Shown: in pieces, positions 39,772 to 49,503 of the stretch
Layout of the letters: each line of letters opens with the position of its first letter
Numbering within the stretch: position 1 is the first letter of the stretch
DNA from: Candidatus Latescibacterota bacterium
Lineage (GTDB): Bacteria; Latescibacterota; UBA2968
Direction: 5' to 3'
Length of the DNA stretch: 64,000 bases
NCBI GenBank assembly: GCA_965204745.1
Contig: OZ242010.1
Span: forward strand, 864,001 to 928,000
The notes under the pieces: model-generated
Seen by the model: only the letters and a program-made list of their open reading frames with translations
The model's database searches: none
Told to the model about the DNA's origin: nothing
Translations under genes and position numbers: made by a program

Positions 39772-40824
39772 ATGGGCGGGGCATTTCTCGAAATTGAAAA
39801 TCTGTCCAAAGTCTATGGCGAGACGCACGCGCTTTCGGACATTTTTTTTGCCCTGAATGCGGGGGAATTGTTGGTCGTTTTGGGGCCAACTGGCGCGGGC
39901 AAGACCACGCTGTTGCGGATCATCGCGGGCCTCGAAGTGCCGGATGCCGGGCGCGTTGTCGTGGAGGGGGTGGATATGACGCACTGCTTGCCGGCAGAAC
40001 GCGACGTGGCGCTGGTCTTTCAAAATTTTTCCCTGTATCCCAACAAGACCGTGCGCCAGAATCTCGAATTTCCACTGCTCGCGCCCGGGCGCGATCTCTC
40101 GAAAATGGAAATCGCTGACCGCATTGCCCACACCGCGGCCCTGCTCCGCATCGCGCCGCTTTTGGATCGACCCGCCACGCACTTGTCGGGCGGGGAGATG
40201 CAGCGCGTTGCCATCGGGCGCGCCATTGCGCGCCAACCCCGGCTTTTTTTGCTGGACGAACCTTTGACCAATTTGGATGCCAAGTTGCGCGAGGTGTTGC
40301 GGGTCGAGCTCATCCGCCTTCAGCGCGACTTGGGCACGCCGATGATTTACGTGACGCACGACCGGGTCGAAGCCCTTTCAATGGGGGATCGCATCGCGGT
40401 TTTGTCCGAGGGGAAAATCCTGCAAATCGGTTCGCCGGAAGAAATCTATCAACGGCCCAATTCCCCGGTCGTGGCACGGCAACTCGGGTATCCGCCCATC
40501 AATCTGATAGCGGTTCACAAACGGGACGGGCACTGGGTCACAGCGGCGAATCACGCCCTTGCGGCGGCAGAGCGAGACGCTCCTCAACGGGCGACCCTGG
40601 GCATTCGCCCGGAAAACATTTTGCCACATGGGGGCGAGATTCCAGCGGCTATCGAGGTCGTGGAAACCTTGGGCGCATCGACCATTGTGCTCGCGACTTG
40701 GGCGGACCAATCCATTCACCTGTTGATCACCGGCGCGGCACAGTGGCGAGTCGGGGATGTGATTTATCCATTCGTCGATTCAAAGCGCGTTTTGATATGG
40801 GGAGAAGCGAGAGGTGAGGAGTGA
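39772..40824 (+). CDS. Second carbohydrate ABC ATP-binding protein
   Basis: GPTGAGKT, LSGGEMQR, LLDEP, YVTHD. Confidence 0.92.
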   Translation: MGGAFLEIENLSKVYGETHALSDIFFALNAGELLVVLGPTGAGKTTLLRIIAGLEVPDAGRVVVEGVDMTHCLPAERDVALVFQNFSLYPNKTVRQNLEFPLLAPGRDLSKMEIADRIAHTAALLRIAPLLDRPATHLSGGEMQRVAIGRAIARQPRLFLLDEPLTNLDAKLREVLRVELIRLQRDLGTPMIYVTHDRVEALSMGDRIAVLSEGKILQIGSPEEIYQRPNSPVVARQLGYPPINLIAVHKRDGHWVTAANHALAAAERDAPQRATLGIRPENILPHGGEIPAAIEVVETLGASTIVLATWADQSIHLLITGAAQWRVGDVIYPFVDSKRVLIWGEARGEE

Positions 40825-40879
40825 AAAACAAAAAGCAACCACAGATGAACGCAGATAAAAGGCAAAGGCAACACCCTTA

Positions 40880-41955
40880 GGACTTACGCAAAAAAGAACA
40901 GGATCGAACCCCCATCCTCACTTTGGAGGTCTGTATGGCGAAACCAACGCGCTTGGATTACTGCCAGTATCTGCTTAGCAGTCCGCTCAATTATACCCTG
41001 ACTCATTTCGCAGATCACAGCGACCGGTTCACGCATGATATGCTCAACCGCTATCTGGGTGGGGATCGCGTCTCGCCGCGTGTGATCTGGAAAAACGTCA
41101 AACCCCACCTCACGTCGACCGCAAAGGGCGTAATTCTCTTTGATGACACGGTCTTAGATAAGCGCTATGCCAAAAAGATGGCTCTCGTGCGTCGGCAATA
41201 CAGTGGCAATGCGAAGGGGGTCATCTCGGGGATCGGTGTGGTGACGTGTGTGTATGTCAATCCGATTCAAGATCGGTTTTGGCTGATTGACTATCGCATT
41301 TACGATCCGCAAGGGGATGGAAAAACCAAGTTAGACCACGTCAAAGAGATGTTGTCACTCTTGGTCTATCACAAAAAACTGCCTTTTGAGCGAGTGGTGA
41401 TGGATACTTGGTATGCCACCAAAGCGGTCATGCTTCACATTGAGCACTTGCAAAAGACCTATTACTGTCCTATCAAAAAGAATCGCCTCGTGGACGATTC
41501 GTCAGGTGAAAACCCCTATCAACGGGTCGATGCCTTAACTTGGACAAAACGCGAACAGGCCACAGGAAAACGCATGAAACTCAGAGGGTTCCCTAAAAAC
41601 CACAAGGTGAACGTATTCCGGGTCGCGTCTGCGACGAGACGCACGGCGTATATCGTAACCAACGACTTGACTCAAACCGACCCGTCAGTGGCACAAGCGG
41701 TGTGCCACTTGCGTTGGAAGATTGAGCAAGTTCACCGGGAAGCAAAACAGGTAACGGGGCTTGAAAAGTGTCAATGCCGATTGGCACGCATTGTGCGAAA
41801 CCACATCGCGTGTGCCTTTCTCGTTTGGGGACGACTGACCCAAGTCGCCTATCAGACTGGACAAACCATCTATCAAGTCAAACATGGCTTATGGGAGGAT
41901 TATTTGAGACAACAACTCAAAACACCGGCGATACCAATGACCCTGGCGTAAGTCC
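40880..41955 (+). mobile_element. IS701-family insertion sequence, apparently intact
   Basis: TA|GGACTTACGC ... GCGTAAGTCC|TA inverted ends around a transposase. Confidence 0.9.
40935..41951 (+). CDS. IS701-family DDE transposase
   Basis: LFDDTVLDK, QYSGN, MDTWYA, RWKIEQVHREAKQ; stop codon inside right IR. Confidence 0.9.
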   Translation: MAKPTRLDYCQYLLSSPLNYTLTHFADHSDRFTHDMLNRYLGGDRVSPRVIWKNVKPHLTSTAKGVILFDDTVLDKRYAKKMALVRRQYSGNAKGVISGIGVVTCVYVNPIQDRFWLIDYRIYDPQGDGKTKLDHVKEMLSLLVYHKKLPFERVVMDTWYATKAVMLHIEHLQKTYYCPIKKNRLVDDSSGENPYQRVDALTWTKREQATGKRMKLRGFPKNHKVNVFRVASATRRTAYIVTNDLTQTDPSVAQAVCHLRWKIEQVHREAKQVTGLEKCQCRLARIVRNHIACAFLVWGRLTQVAYQTGQTIYQVKHGLWEDYLRQQLKTPAIPMTLA

Positions 41956-42015
41956 TAACCCTGTCTGAATCCGAGACGATTTTAATTTTATCCCTCACGC
42001 TTGCCATGACCTACC

Positions 42016-42393
42016 TCACAAATTCCATTCTTCAAACACAATCTGCCCGTCTCGTATCACAAATAATCGAGAACTTTCCTGTCTTCCACCGATGGGGTAG
42101 CGTGCATTGATATGGACAACCAAAATGTAGCCATAATACACCTTGTGCCCCGTCTTTGCGTTCCACTCAAGCGGGTTAATACGCTGACCGCAATAAATTT
42201 TTTCAAAACGATACTGCGCCGAGCGGGGGTAGATGAGCCTTTTCTGAATGCGCCACTTGGCAAGGGCTTCGGCTTTCTGTTGCGAGATTGGCCGTCCGTA
42301 ATCCGGCGGTCGATAGCCTGCCGGGACGGCATAATGCAATCCACACCCTGTTGCCGACAAAGCGAACAAAACCACGCAAAACAATTTGGTCAT
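42016..42393 (-). CDS. Small lipoprotein, unknown function
   Basis: AAAGGAG RBS; MTKLFCVVLFALSATGC lipobox. Confidence 0.65.
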   Translation of the reverse strand: MTKLFCVVLFALSATGCGLHYAVPAGYRPPDYGRPISQQKAEALAKWRIQKRLIYPRSAQYRFEKIYCGQRINPLEWNAKTGHKVYYGYILVVHINARYPIGGRQESSRLFVIRDGQIVFEEWNL

Positions 42394-42446
42394 GTCGAAC
42401 TCCTTTGCTGGCCGCCGCATACGGATAACCTAAAATCAAATGGGTA

Positions 42447-43472
42447 TTACATGACTTCATCGACCGCCACCATTTCTCCGCCGCGTTCTGCCGAGAGATA
42501 GGCTGAGTCGACGATTTGCATGGTGTAGAGATTTCCGCGTCCGCTGTGGATGGGTTCTGCGCCGCGGCGGGCCGCGTCTAGCAGGTGATTCATGCTTTCG
42601 CCCATCGCGTGTGTAAAAGCGTCTTTTCGATAGAGCGTGCGCGTTTCCAGTTCTCGGTTGTGCGGGTGGATGTGCAATGTCGCTTCGTCGGAGAGCACAT
42701 TTTTTTTCACGGACAGCGCGGAGCCCTTTGTGCCATCTATACGCAGGCGGCATTCGGATAAGGTGAGGGCATGCCAGTTGGAGATCATCGTGCCCACGAT
42801 GCCATTTTCAAATTGCACGATCAAACTCGCAAAGGTTTCGCCTTGCACGTCCGGATTCCAATGGCGCGTGGTGGCGGATATTTTTTGCGGCGGGTTGCCT
42901 GCCAACGTGCGGATGCGGTCGATGAGGTGGATGCTGAAAATGCTGATCTCCAATCGCTGTTCTCGGGTTCGCCACCCGCGCACTCGGGTCCGATTTTTGA
43001 GTTCATCGTGCGAGATATAGCGCGCCTCGCCGAGAGTGCCCGCATCGACTGCGCGCCGCAGGGCGACGACATCTTCCATAAATCCCAACTGGTGATTCAC
43101 GGCCAGCGTGACGCCCGCCTGTTCCGCGGCTTCGACAAAAGACACCGCGTCGCGCAGGGACTCGCCAAATGGCTTTTCGACGAGCAGGTGGATGCCCTTG
43201 TCAATCGCCGGAAAGATCACGTCTTGGCGCACCGCAGGAGGGGTCAAAAGGCTGATAACATCGACCTCGCCCGACGCGATCATATCGGCGGCATTTGTAA
43301 AGCGGTGGGGAATGTCGTATTCGTCGCAATACCGATTCAGCGTGTTTTTGTCGATATCGCAACCGGCGACCACCTCGCCTAGGTCGTGCGCCACGGTTCG
43401 ATAGCCCGCGATGTGTCGATTTGCGATTCCGCCACATCCGACAATGCCGATCCGAAAGCCATTCATTTTCAT
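42447..43472 (-). CDS. Gfo/Idh/MocA family oxidoreductase
   Basis: IGIVGCGGIA Rossmann motif, LLVEKP. Confidence 0.9.
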   Translation of the reverse strand: MKMNGFRIGIVGCGGIANRHIAGYRTVAHDLGEVVAGCDIDKNTLNRYCDEYDIPHRFTNAADMIASGEVDVISLLTPPAVRQDVIFPAIDKGIHLLVEKPFGESLRDAVSFVEAAEQAGVTLAVNHQLGFMEDVVALRRAVDAGTLGEARYISHDELKNRTRVRGWRTREQRLEISIFSIHLIDRIRTLAGNPPQKISATTRHWNPDVQGETFASLIVQFENGIVGTMISNWHALTLSECRLRIDGTKGSALSVKKNVLSDEATLHIHPHNRELETRTLYRKDAFTHAMGESMNHLLDAARRGAEPIHSGRGNLYTMQIVDSAYLSAERGGEMVAVDEVM

Positions 43473-44959
43473 TCCTCCCTTGCGTTATGGTTGACGGGGG
43501 CTTCGCGCAGGGCGCGACGGATGCAGCTTCGCGCTTTCGCGCTTTTGACAAAGCCGAGCCAATCGCTGTTGGGTCGCTGGCGCGGCGACGTGAGGATTTG
43601 CACGGTTTGCCCGGTTTTGAGCGGGGTGGACAGGGCCGCCCGCTGGTTGTCGATGCGCGCGCTTATGCAGCGGTTGCCGATTTCGGTGTGGACGGCAAAG
43701 GCAAAGTCCACTGGGGTGGCGGACTCGGGCAGGCGGATCAGGTCGCCTTTGGGCGTGAAAACGAAAATTTCATGCGACAAGAGATCGGCCTTGAGTTCGT
43801 CGATGAGTGCCTGCGGGTCGGAAATTTCCTCTTGCCATTCGAGCATGTCGCGTAGCCAGTACGCGTATTGATCGACTGCTGTGGATTTTTCCGCGCCCTC
43901 TTTGTACAAGTGGTGCGCGGCAATGCCCACCTCTGCGGTTTGGTGCATCTCGTGCGTGCGGATTTGCACTTCGATCATCATGTTGTGCGGGCTGATCACG
44001 GTGGTGTGCAGGGATTGGTACCTGTTGGGCTTGGGCGTTGCGATGAAGTCTTTGAACCGGGGCATCACAGGCGTGCAAAAAGAGTGGACCAAGCCCAAGA
44101 CGTGGTAGCACGCTTGCACGGTGTCCACCAAAATGCGGAGGGCGAGCAGGTCGTGGATGTCCTCAAAGGCTTTGCCCCGGGTTTGCATCTTGCGGTGGAT
44201 GCTGTAAAAATTCTTGGGGCGCCCGGTGATTTCCGCGTGGATATTGGCCTCGTTGAGCATTTTTTCTAAGGGCACGCGCATGGCTTCGATATAGGCTTCG
44301 CGCTCGTGCCTTTTGAGGTGGATTTTTCGTTGGATGGCGCGATAGGCTTTCGGCTCGAGCCACTTGAGGGCGAGGTCTTCGAGTTCCCAGCGAATGCGCG
44401 CAATGCCCAAGCGATGGGCCAAGGGCGCGTAAATATCCAAACATTCCCGCGCCATGTGCTTTCGCACCTCGGGCGATAGGGGGTCCATGGTTCGCATGTT
44501 GTGCAGGCAATCGCAAAATTTGATGAGCATAACGCGCACGTCGTGGATCATGGAGAGGAGCATTGCGCGAAAGTTTTCGACTTGATCCGCTTCGTGCGAT
44601 TGGAAGGATATGTCTTTGATTTTGCCCACGGCCGTGACGAGGTCGGCGATGCGCGTGCCAAAGTGGTGCGCGAGTTGTTTGGGCGTTGCAGAGCCGTGCC
44701 GGATGGTGTCGTGCAAAATCCCCGCGGCCAGGGTTTCGGTGTCTTGGTTGAGTTCCGCGAGGACGCGCCCCACCTCGAGGGCATGCGCGATATAGGGTTG
44801 GCCGGACTTGCGGAAGCGGTGTGCGTGTGCTCTGCTGGCAAAGTGAAACGCGCGGGTCAAAAGTTCGACATCGCACTCGGGATGGCACTGGAGGGCGTGC
44901 TGGAGAAAGGCGTCAAAGGCGGGCGCGCCTGCAAAGGGTTGTGTGGGTTGCGTAGGCAC
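43469..44959 (-). CDS. rel: RelA/SpoT homolog: degenerate HD, intact synthetase, TGS; no ZFD/ACT
   Basis: GRPKNFYSIHRKM, DLLALR, KPNRYQSLHT, EVQIRT, VFTPKG...ATPVDFAFAVHT. Confidence 0.88.
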   Translation of the reverse strand: MPTQPTQPFAGAPAFDAFLQHALQCHPECDVELLTRAFHFASRAHAHRFRKSGQPYIAHALEVGRVLAELNQDTETLAAGILHDTIRHGSATPKQLAHHFGTRIADLVTAVGKIKDISFQSHEADQVENFRAMLLSMIHDVRVMLIKFCDCLHNMRTMDPLSPEVRKHMARECLDIYAPLAHRLGIARIRWELEDLALKWLEPKAYRAIQRKIHLKRHEREAYIEAMRVPLEKMLNEANIHAEITGRPKNFYSIHRKMQTRGKAFEDIHDLLALRILVDTVQACYHVLGLVHSFCTPVMPRFKDFIATPKPNRYQSLHTTVISPHNMMIEVQIRTHEMHQTAEVGIAAHHLYKEGAEKSTAVDQYAYWLRDMLEWQEEISDPQALIDELKADLLSHEIFVFTPKGDLIRLPESATPVDFAFAVHTEIGNRCISARIDNQRAALSTPLKTGQTVQILTSPRQRPNSDWLGFVKSAKARSCIRRALREAPVNHNAREE

Positions 44960-45151
44960 GGGGACGTCCTTTCAGGATGGATTTGGGTTTTGGCCCCTCC
45001 TCGAGACGGAGAGGTTCTCCGACCTGTCTCTTAGCCACAAAAAGCACGAGCGGGGTACAACTGGCGACAGCCAGTTCAAAGACACAAAAGGTGAGCGATA
45101 TGTATAGGGGCGATGCCCCCGTGCTCGCCCGAAGATACAAGGGGGGTATTA

Positions 45152-45724
45152 GGTTCTGTTGACATTTACGAGCAAAGCAACTGGCTTGAGCGGTTTATCG
45201 AGAAAATCAAGCCCTATATCGGGACCTACCCCCCTAACCCCCCTTCCTGCGAGGAAGGGGGGAACTGTGAGCGGTTTTGCGAAGGGTATTGATGAGGGAT
45301 ATTTAATCGCTTTATGCCCTCGGTCAATGCCATCAGAGCAACCAGAGCGAGAAGCCATCAAAGGAGCTTTACTCCCCTTTCCTCGTAGGAAAGGGGCCGG
45401 GGGATAGGTCCCCCTCGCAAAACGCCATCAGAGCAACCAGAGCGAGAAGCCATCAAAGGAGCTTTACTCCCCTTTCCTCGTAGGAAAGGGGCCGGGGGAT
45501 AGGTCCCCCTCGCAAAACGCCATCAAAGCAACCAGAGCGAGAAGCCATCAAAGGGACTTTACTCCCCTTTCCTCGTAGGAAAGGGGCCGGGGGATAGGTC
45601 CCCCTCGCGCAATGCCACCAGAGCAACCAGAGCGAGAAGCCATCAAAGGAAACGCATTAAATGAGCAAGCAACGCATTTGCTAATCTGTGCGTAACGTCA
45701 AAAAAATGAAATGTCAACACAACC
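45152..45724 (+). mobile_element. MITE family A, copy 3 (complete) with 95-bp internal tandem array
   Basis: TA|GGTTCTGTTGACATTT ... AAATGTCAACACAACC|TA; unit starts at 45329, 45424, 45519, 45614. Confidence 0.85.
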
Positions 45725-48267
45725 TAAGCCCAAGCGATGAGGCCGGTGTCGCAGATCGAGTGGAGGTCTGGATGGCGCGGGCGGACGCGCACGGTATAGC
45801 CCCAGCGCCCGCTTTTTTGCAAGGGCAAGCGCCCGACAAATGTATCGGGGCCTTCGGGCGTCATTGGGATGGACGCGCCTTGGACAATCCGATCATCTGC
45901 GGCGACCTGACCGTGAAAAATCTCGACCGACACATCGCGCTCGGTCAATGTGCCCAGCGAGACCTCGGCGCGAATCTCGATTTTGTCGCCCACCTGCGGG
46001 GTTTGTGCGCGGCTGGATTGGACGGCATGAATGCCGACTTCGCGCCACGCATGGCGAAGTTTGGTCTTCCACTGGGCGAGCGCGCTGGCTCTCGCGCCGT
46101 TGTTGGCGGAGAGGATTTTTGAGCGCGCGTGCGCTTTGAGGTAAAATCGCTCGGTGTAGTCCTGCACCATGCGGTGGGTGTTGAATTTGGGACACAACAC
46201 GCGCATGGCGTTTTTCATGCGGGCGATCCACCTGCGCGGCAATCCATCTGCGCCGCGGTCGTAAAACAGGGGCACGGCTTCTTTTTCCAGGATGTTGTAA
46301 AGGGCGCGCGCCTCGATCTGGTTCTGATACGCCGGGTCGTCGTATTCCTTGCCGTGTCCGATTTCCCAACCCAGTTCCGGGTGGTATGCCTCGGCCCACC
46401 ACCCGTCGAGCACGCTGAGGTTCAACGCGCCATTGGCTACGGCTTTCATGCCGCTGGTGCCGCTGGCTTCTTGGGGCCTGACCGGGGTGTTGAGCCAAAT
46501 ATCCACGCCTTGCACGAGATAGCGCGCCACGCACATGTCGTAATTTTCGATGAAAATGAGCCGCCGATGCAGGTAGTCGCGCTGCGTCAGCCCGAAAATT
46601 TCCTGAATCAGTTCTTTGCCCGCGTGGTCTTGGGGATGGGCTTTGCCGGCAAAAATGACCTGCACCGGTTGGTCTTCGTTGCACAAGATGCGCGTGAGTC
46701 TTTCCAAGTCGTGAAACAATAAGGTGGCGCGTTTGTACGTGGCAAACCGGCGCGCAAAGCCAATGGTGAGCGCGTCTGCGGTCAGGACTTCGTCTGCGCG
46801 GGCCATGTCGATGGGAGACGCGGTTTCGCGTTGCAACTGCTGGCGGAGGCGTTGTCGGGCAAAGGCCACAAGGCGTTCTCGCCTGCGCTCGTGGACGCGC
46901 CAGAGTTCCTCAGCCGGGATGTGATCGATGGTTTCCCACACGCTTTGATCGTGGGGTTCTTCCAAGCGCCGAGGCCCCATGTAATTGTCTTCAAGGCCGC
47001 GCATTTGTTGCGAGAGGTGAGAGGCGATGTGGACGCCGTTGGTGATGGATGCGATGGGGATTTCGTTTTCCGGCACCCCGGGCCAAAGCGATTGCCACAT
47101 CTTGCGCGAGACCTGCCCGTGTAGTCTGCTCACGCCATTGCGATATGCCGAGAGCCTGAACGCGAGCACGGTCATGTTGAACTCATCCCCATCGTTTTCC
47201 GGGTTTTCCCGACCCAACGCGAGGAATGCGGGCATGGAAATGCCCAGGTCGTGGGCGTAGGAGTTGAAGTATTTTTCCATCAGCGTAGCCGGAAAGACGT
47301 CGTGCCCGGCCGGCACCGGGGTGTGGGTCGTGAAAACGTGCCCGGCAACGGTGGATTCGAGGGCCTGATCAAAGGTGGCGCGGTCGTCGCGCATGGCTTG
47401 GCGGATGCGTTCCAAGCCCAAAAAGGCCGAGTGCCCCTCGTTCATGTGGCAAACCGTGGGGCGTTTGCCCAAGGCGTTGAGCGTGCGCACGCCCCCAATG
47501 CCGAGCAGGATTTCCTGCCGGATGCGCGTTTCCCGGTCCCCGCCGTAGAGTTGCGCGGTGATTTCGCGGATCGAAGGCGGGTTTTCCATCACATTGGTGT
47601 CGAGCAAATACAGGGGGACGCGCCCAACCTGCGCCTTCCAAATTCGCACCTGCGCTTCGGCTTCGGGATACGCAAGGGTGAGGGTGATGTCTCGACCCTG
47701 GTCGTCGCGTGCGATTTGCACGGGCATGGCATAGTAGTCGTTTTCCGGATATTCCTCTTGTTGCCAGCCGTCATTGGTGAGGTACTGGTGGAAGTAGCCG
47801 TGTTGGTACAACAGGCCCACCGCGGCAAATGGCAACCCCAATGTGCTGGCGGATTTGAGGTGATCCCCGGCCAAAACGCCCAAGCCGCCCGAGTAGATGG
47901 GCAGGCTTTCGGTGAGGCCAAATTCCGCAGAAAAATAGGCGATTTGAATGTCGGATGCGGTTTTGCCGTGGGTGGTGAAAAAATAGGTTTCGCCATCCAT
48001 AAATGCGCGAAGGGATTCGGAGACGCGCTTGAAATGCGCCATGAAGCCCGGGTTTTTGGAGAGTTGATCCAAGCGTTCTTGCCCGATGTCGTCGATCATC
48101 CGCACCGGGTTGTGGTACACGCTTTCCCAAAGCACGGGGTCGATGCGCCGAAACAGGTCAATACTGTCGGGGTTCCACGTCCAGCGCAGGTTGTACGCCA
48201 GTGCTTCGAGGCCCTGAAGGGGTTTGGGCAACGCGGGCTTGACGATGAGGGTGGAGATGGGTTTCAA
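45724..48267 (-). CDS. glgP: Alpha-glucan (glycogen/starch) phosphorylase
   Basis: YFSAEFG, YSGGLGVLAGDHLK, HMNEGH, ARRFATYKRA, EASGTSGMK; TTG start inferred. Confidence 0.95.
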   Translation of the reverse strand: MKPISTLIVKPALPKPLQGLEALAYNLRWTWNPDSIDLFRRIDPVLWESVYHNPVRMIDDIGQERLDQLSKNPGFMAHFKRVSESLRAFMDGETYFFTTHGKTASDIQIAYFSAEFGLTESLPIYSGGLGVLAGDHLKSASTLGLPFAAVGLLYQHGYFHQYLTNDGWQQEEYPENDYYAMPVQIARDDQGRDITLTLAYPEAEAQVRIWKAQVGRVPLYLLDTNVMENPPSIREITAQLYGGDRETRIRQEILLGIGGVRTLNALGKRPTVCHMNEGHSAFLGLERIRQAMRDDRATFDQALESTVAGHVFTTHTPVPAGHDVFPATLMEKYFNSYAHDLGISMPAFLALGRENPENDGDEFNMTVLAFRLSAYRNGVSRLHGQVSRKMWQSLWPGVPENEIPIASITNGVHIASHLSQQMRGLEDNYMGPRRLEEPHDQSVWETIDHIPAEELWRVHERRRERLVAFARQRLRQQLQRETASPIDMARADEVLTADALTIGFARRFATYKRATLLFHDLERLTRILCNEDQPVQVIFAGKAHPQDHAGKELIQEIFGLTQRDYLHRRLIFIENYDMCVARYLVQGVDIWLNTPVRPQEASGTSGMKAVANGALNLSVLDGWWAEAYHPELGWEIGHGKEYDDPAYQNQIEARALYNILEKEAVPLFYDRGADGLPRRWIARMKNAMRVLCPKFNTHRMVQDYTERFYLKAHARSKILSANNGARASALAQWKTKLRHAWREVGIHAVQSSRAQTPQVGDKIEIRAEVSLGTLTERDVSVEIFHGQVAADDRIVQGASIPMTPEGPDTFVGRLPLQKSGRWGYTVRVRPRHPDLHSICDTGLIAWA

Positions 48268-48289
48268 GGCGTTGTCTCTGGGGAAGCAA

Positions 48290-48455
48290 GGGAAGAGGGG
48301 GCAAGAGGGAAGAGAGGGGAGCAAGAGGGAAGTCAGGCAAGAGGGGAGACGTAAGAGGGAAGTGGTCAGTGGTCAGTGGTCAGTGGTCAGTCCCTACCCA
48401 CCAACCCCAAAACCCGACGCACATCAGTAGGGGCGAATAATTATTCGCCCCTACT
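48290..48455. repeat. Purine-rich short repeats, AGTGGTC heptamers and GTAGGGGCG..CGCCCCTAC REP-like palindrome
   Basis: Directly visible. Confidence 0.7.
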
Positions 48456-48467
48456 TGCGGTTAAATC

Positions 48468-49490
48468 TCAAACATCCTCGACAGTGACGACCGAATCTGT
48501 TTGCCATGATTTTATCGCGGCTTCGATGACGAGTTGTGCTTTGAGGGCTTCTTCGCCGGAGCCCTCGATGGCTTCGGGGTCTGCGTTTTCGAGGTTTTGG
48601 TCGATCCAGCGCCCAATGCGGCTTTGGAAGGTTTCGTTGAAACCCATCATGTCGCCGATGTAGTCGTAGCGTTCCAATTCCATTGTGCGGCGGGGGTGAA
48701 AGTGCAGGCGTTCGCAGGCTTCTTCGAGCACGAAGCGGGCGTCTGAACCCACGACTTCGAGGCGTTCGAGACCATAAGACCCGCCCGGCCCGGTGGCGTC
48801 GTAACTGCCGGTGAGGTTGCCCACTGTGCCATCGCAAAAGCACAGGTTGAGTTGCATGTTCGACCAGCAGACGCGGCGGTTGCCATCTTTGTCCAAGCCG
48901 CGCTTAAAAAAGGCGTGGACTTTTTCGATGTCGCCGCAAAAGTAGCGCATCACGTCGATGGAGTGCGGGTGCAAGGCGCGAATGTGGAACCACGGCGAGG
49001 TTTCGCGGGGGTTGTTGATCCACATGGTCATGTTGATGATGTTGATCTCACCCAAACGCCCTTCATCCACCCATGCCTTGGCGCGTGCCGCGGCGGGCGT
49101 GAACCGGTGGTTGAGGTCGATGCCGTAGCGCAGGTTCTTTTCTTTGGCTTTGGCGACCATTTCGCGGGCTTCGCGGATGTTGTTGGAAATGGGTTTTTCC
49201 CCGAGGACGTGAATCCCGGCGTCGAGCAATTCCATTGTCGGCGCGTAGTGGTCGCCGCCGTTTTCGTGCCCGGCAGTTGCCACGCTCGCAATGTCGATGC
49301 CCAAGTTGGCGTCGAGCATGTCTCGCACCGCGTAAAAGGCTTTGGCGCCGTATCGCGTTGCTGTTGCGTCTGTGCGTTTGGGGTCTATGTCGCAAACCGC
49401 GACGAGATTGCATTGGGCATGGTTGTCGTAAATGGTGGCGTGCCGGTTGCCGATGCCACCCAAACCGACTACGGCGATGTTCAATGCCAT
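48468..49490 (-). CDS. Gfo/Idh/MocA family oxidoreductase
   Basis: IAVVGLGGIG, VLGEKP, LNHRF. Confidence 0.9.
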   Translation of the reverse strand: MALNIAVVGLGGIGNRHATIYDNHAQCNLVAVCDIDPKRTDATATRYGAKAFYAVRDMLDANLGIDIASVATAGHENGGDHYAPTMELLDAGIHVLGEKPISNNIREAREMVAKAKEKNLRYGIDLNHRFTPAAARAKAWVDEGRLGEINIINMTMWINNPRETSPWFHIRALHPHSIDVMRYFCGDIEKVHAFFKRGLDKDGNRRVCWSNMQLNLCFCDGTVGNLTGSYDATGPGGSYGLERLEVVGSDARFVLEEACERLHFHPRRTMELERYDYIGDMMGFNETFQSRIGRWIDQNLENADPEAIEGSGEEALKAQLVIEAAIKSWQTDSVVTVEDV

Positions 49491-49503
49491 TTGAAACTCC
49501 TTT

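Noticed and set aside
45329-45650. Regular 95-bp array that could be taken for CRISPR
   Set aside because: Whole units repeat with no unique spacers; no cas genes; lies inside a MITE
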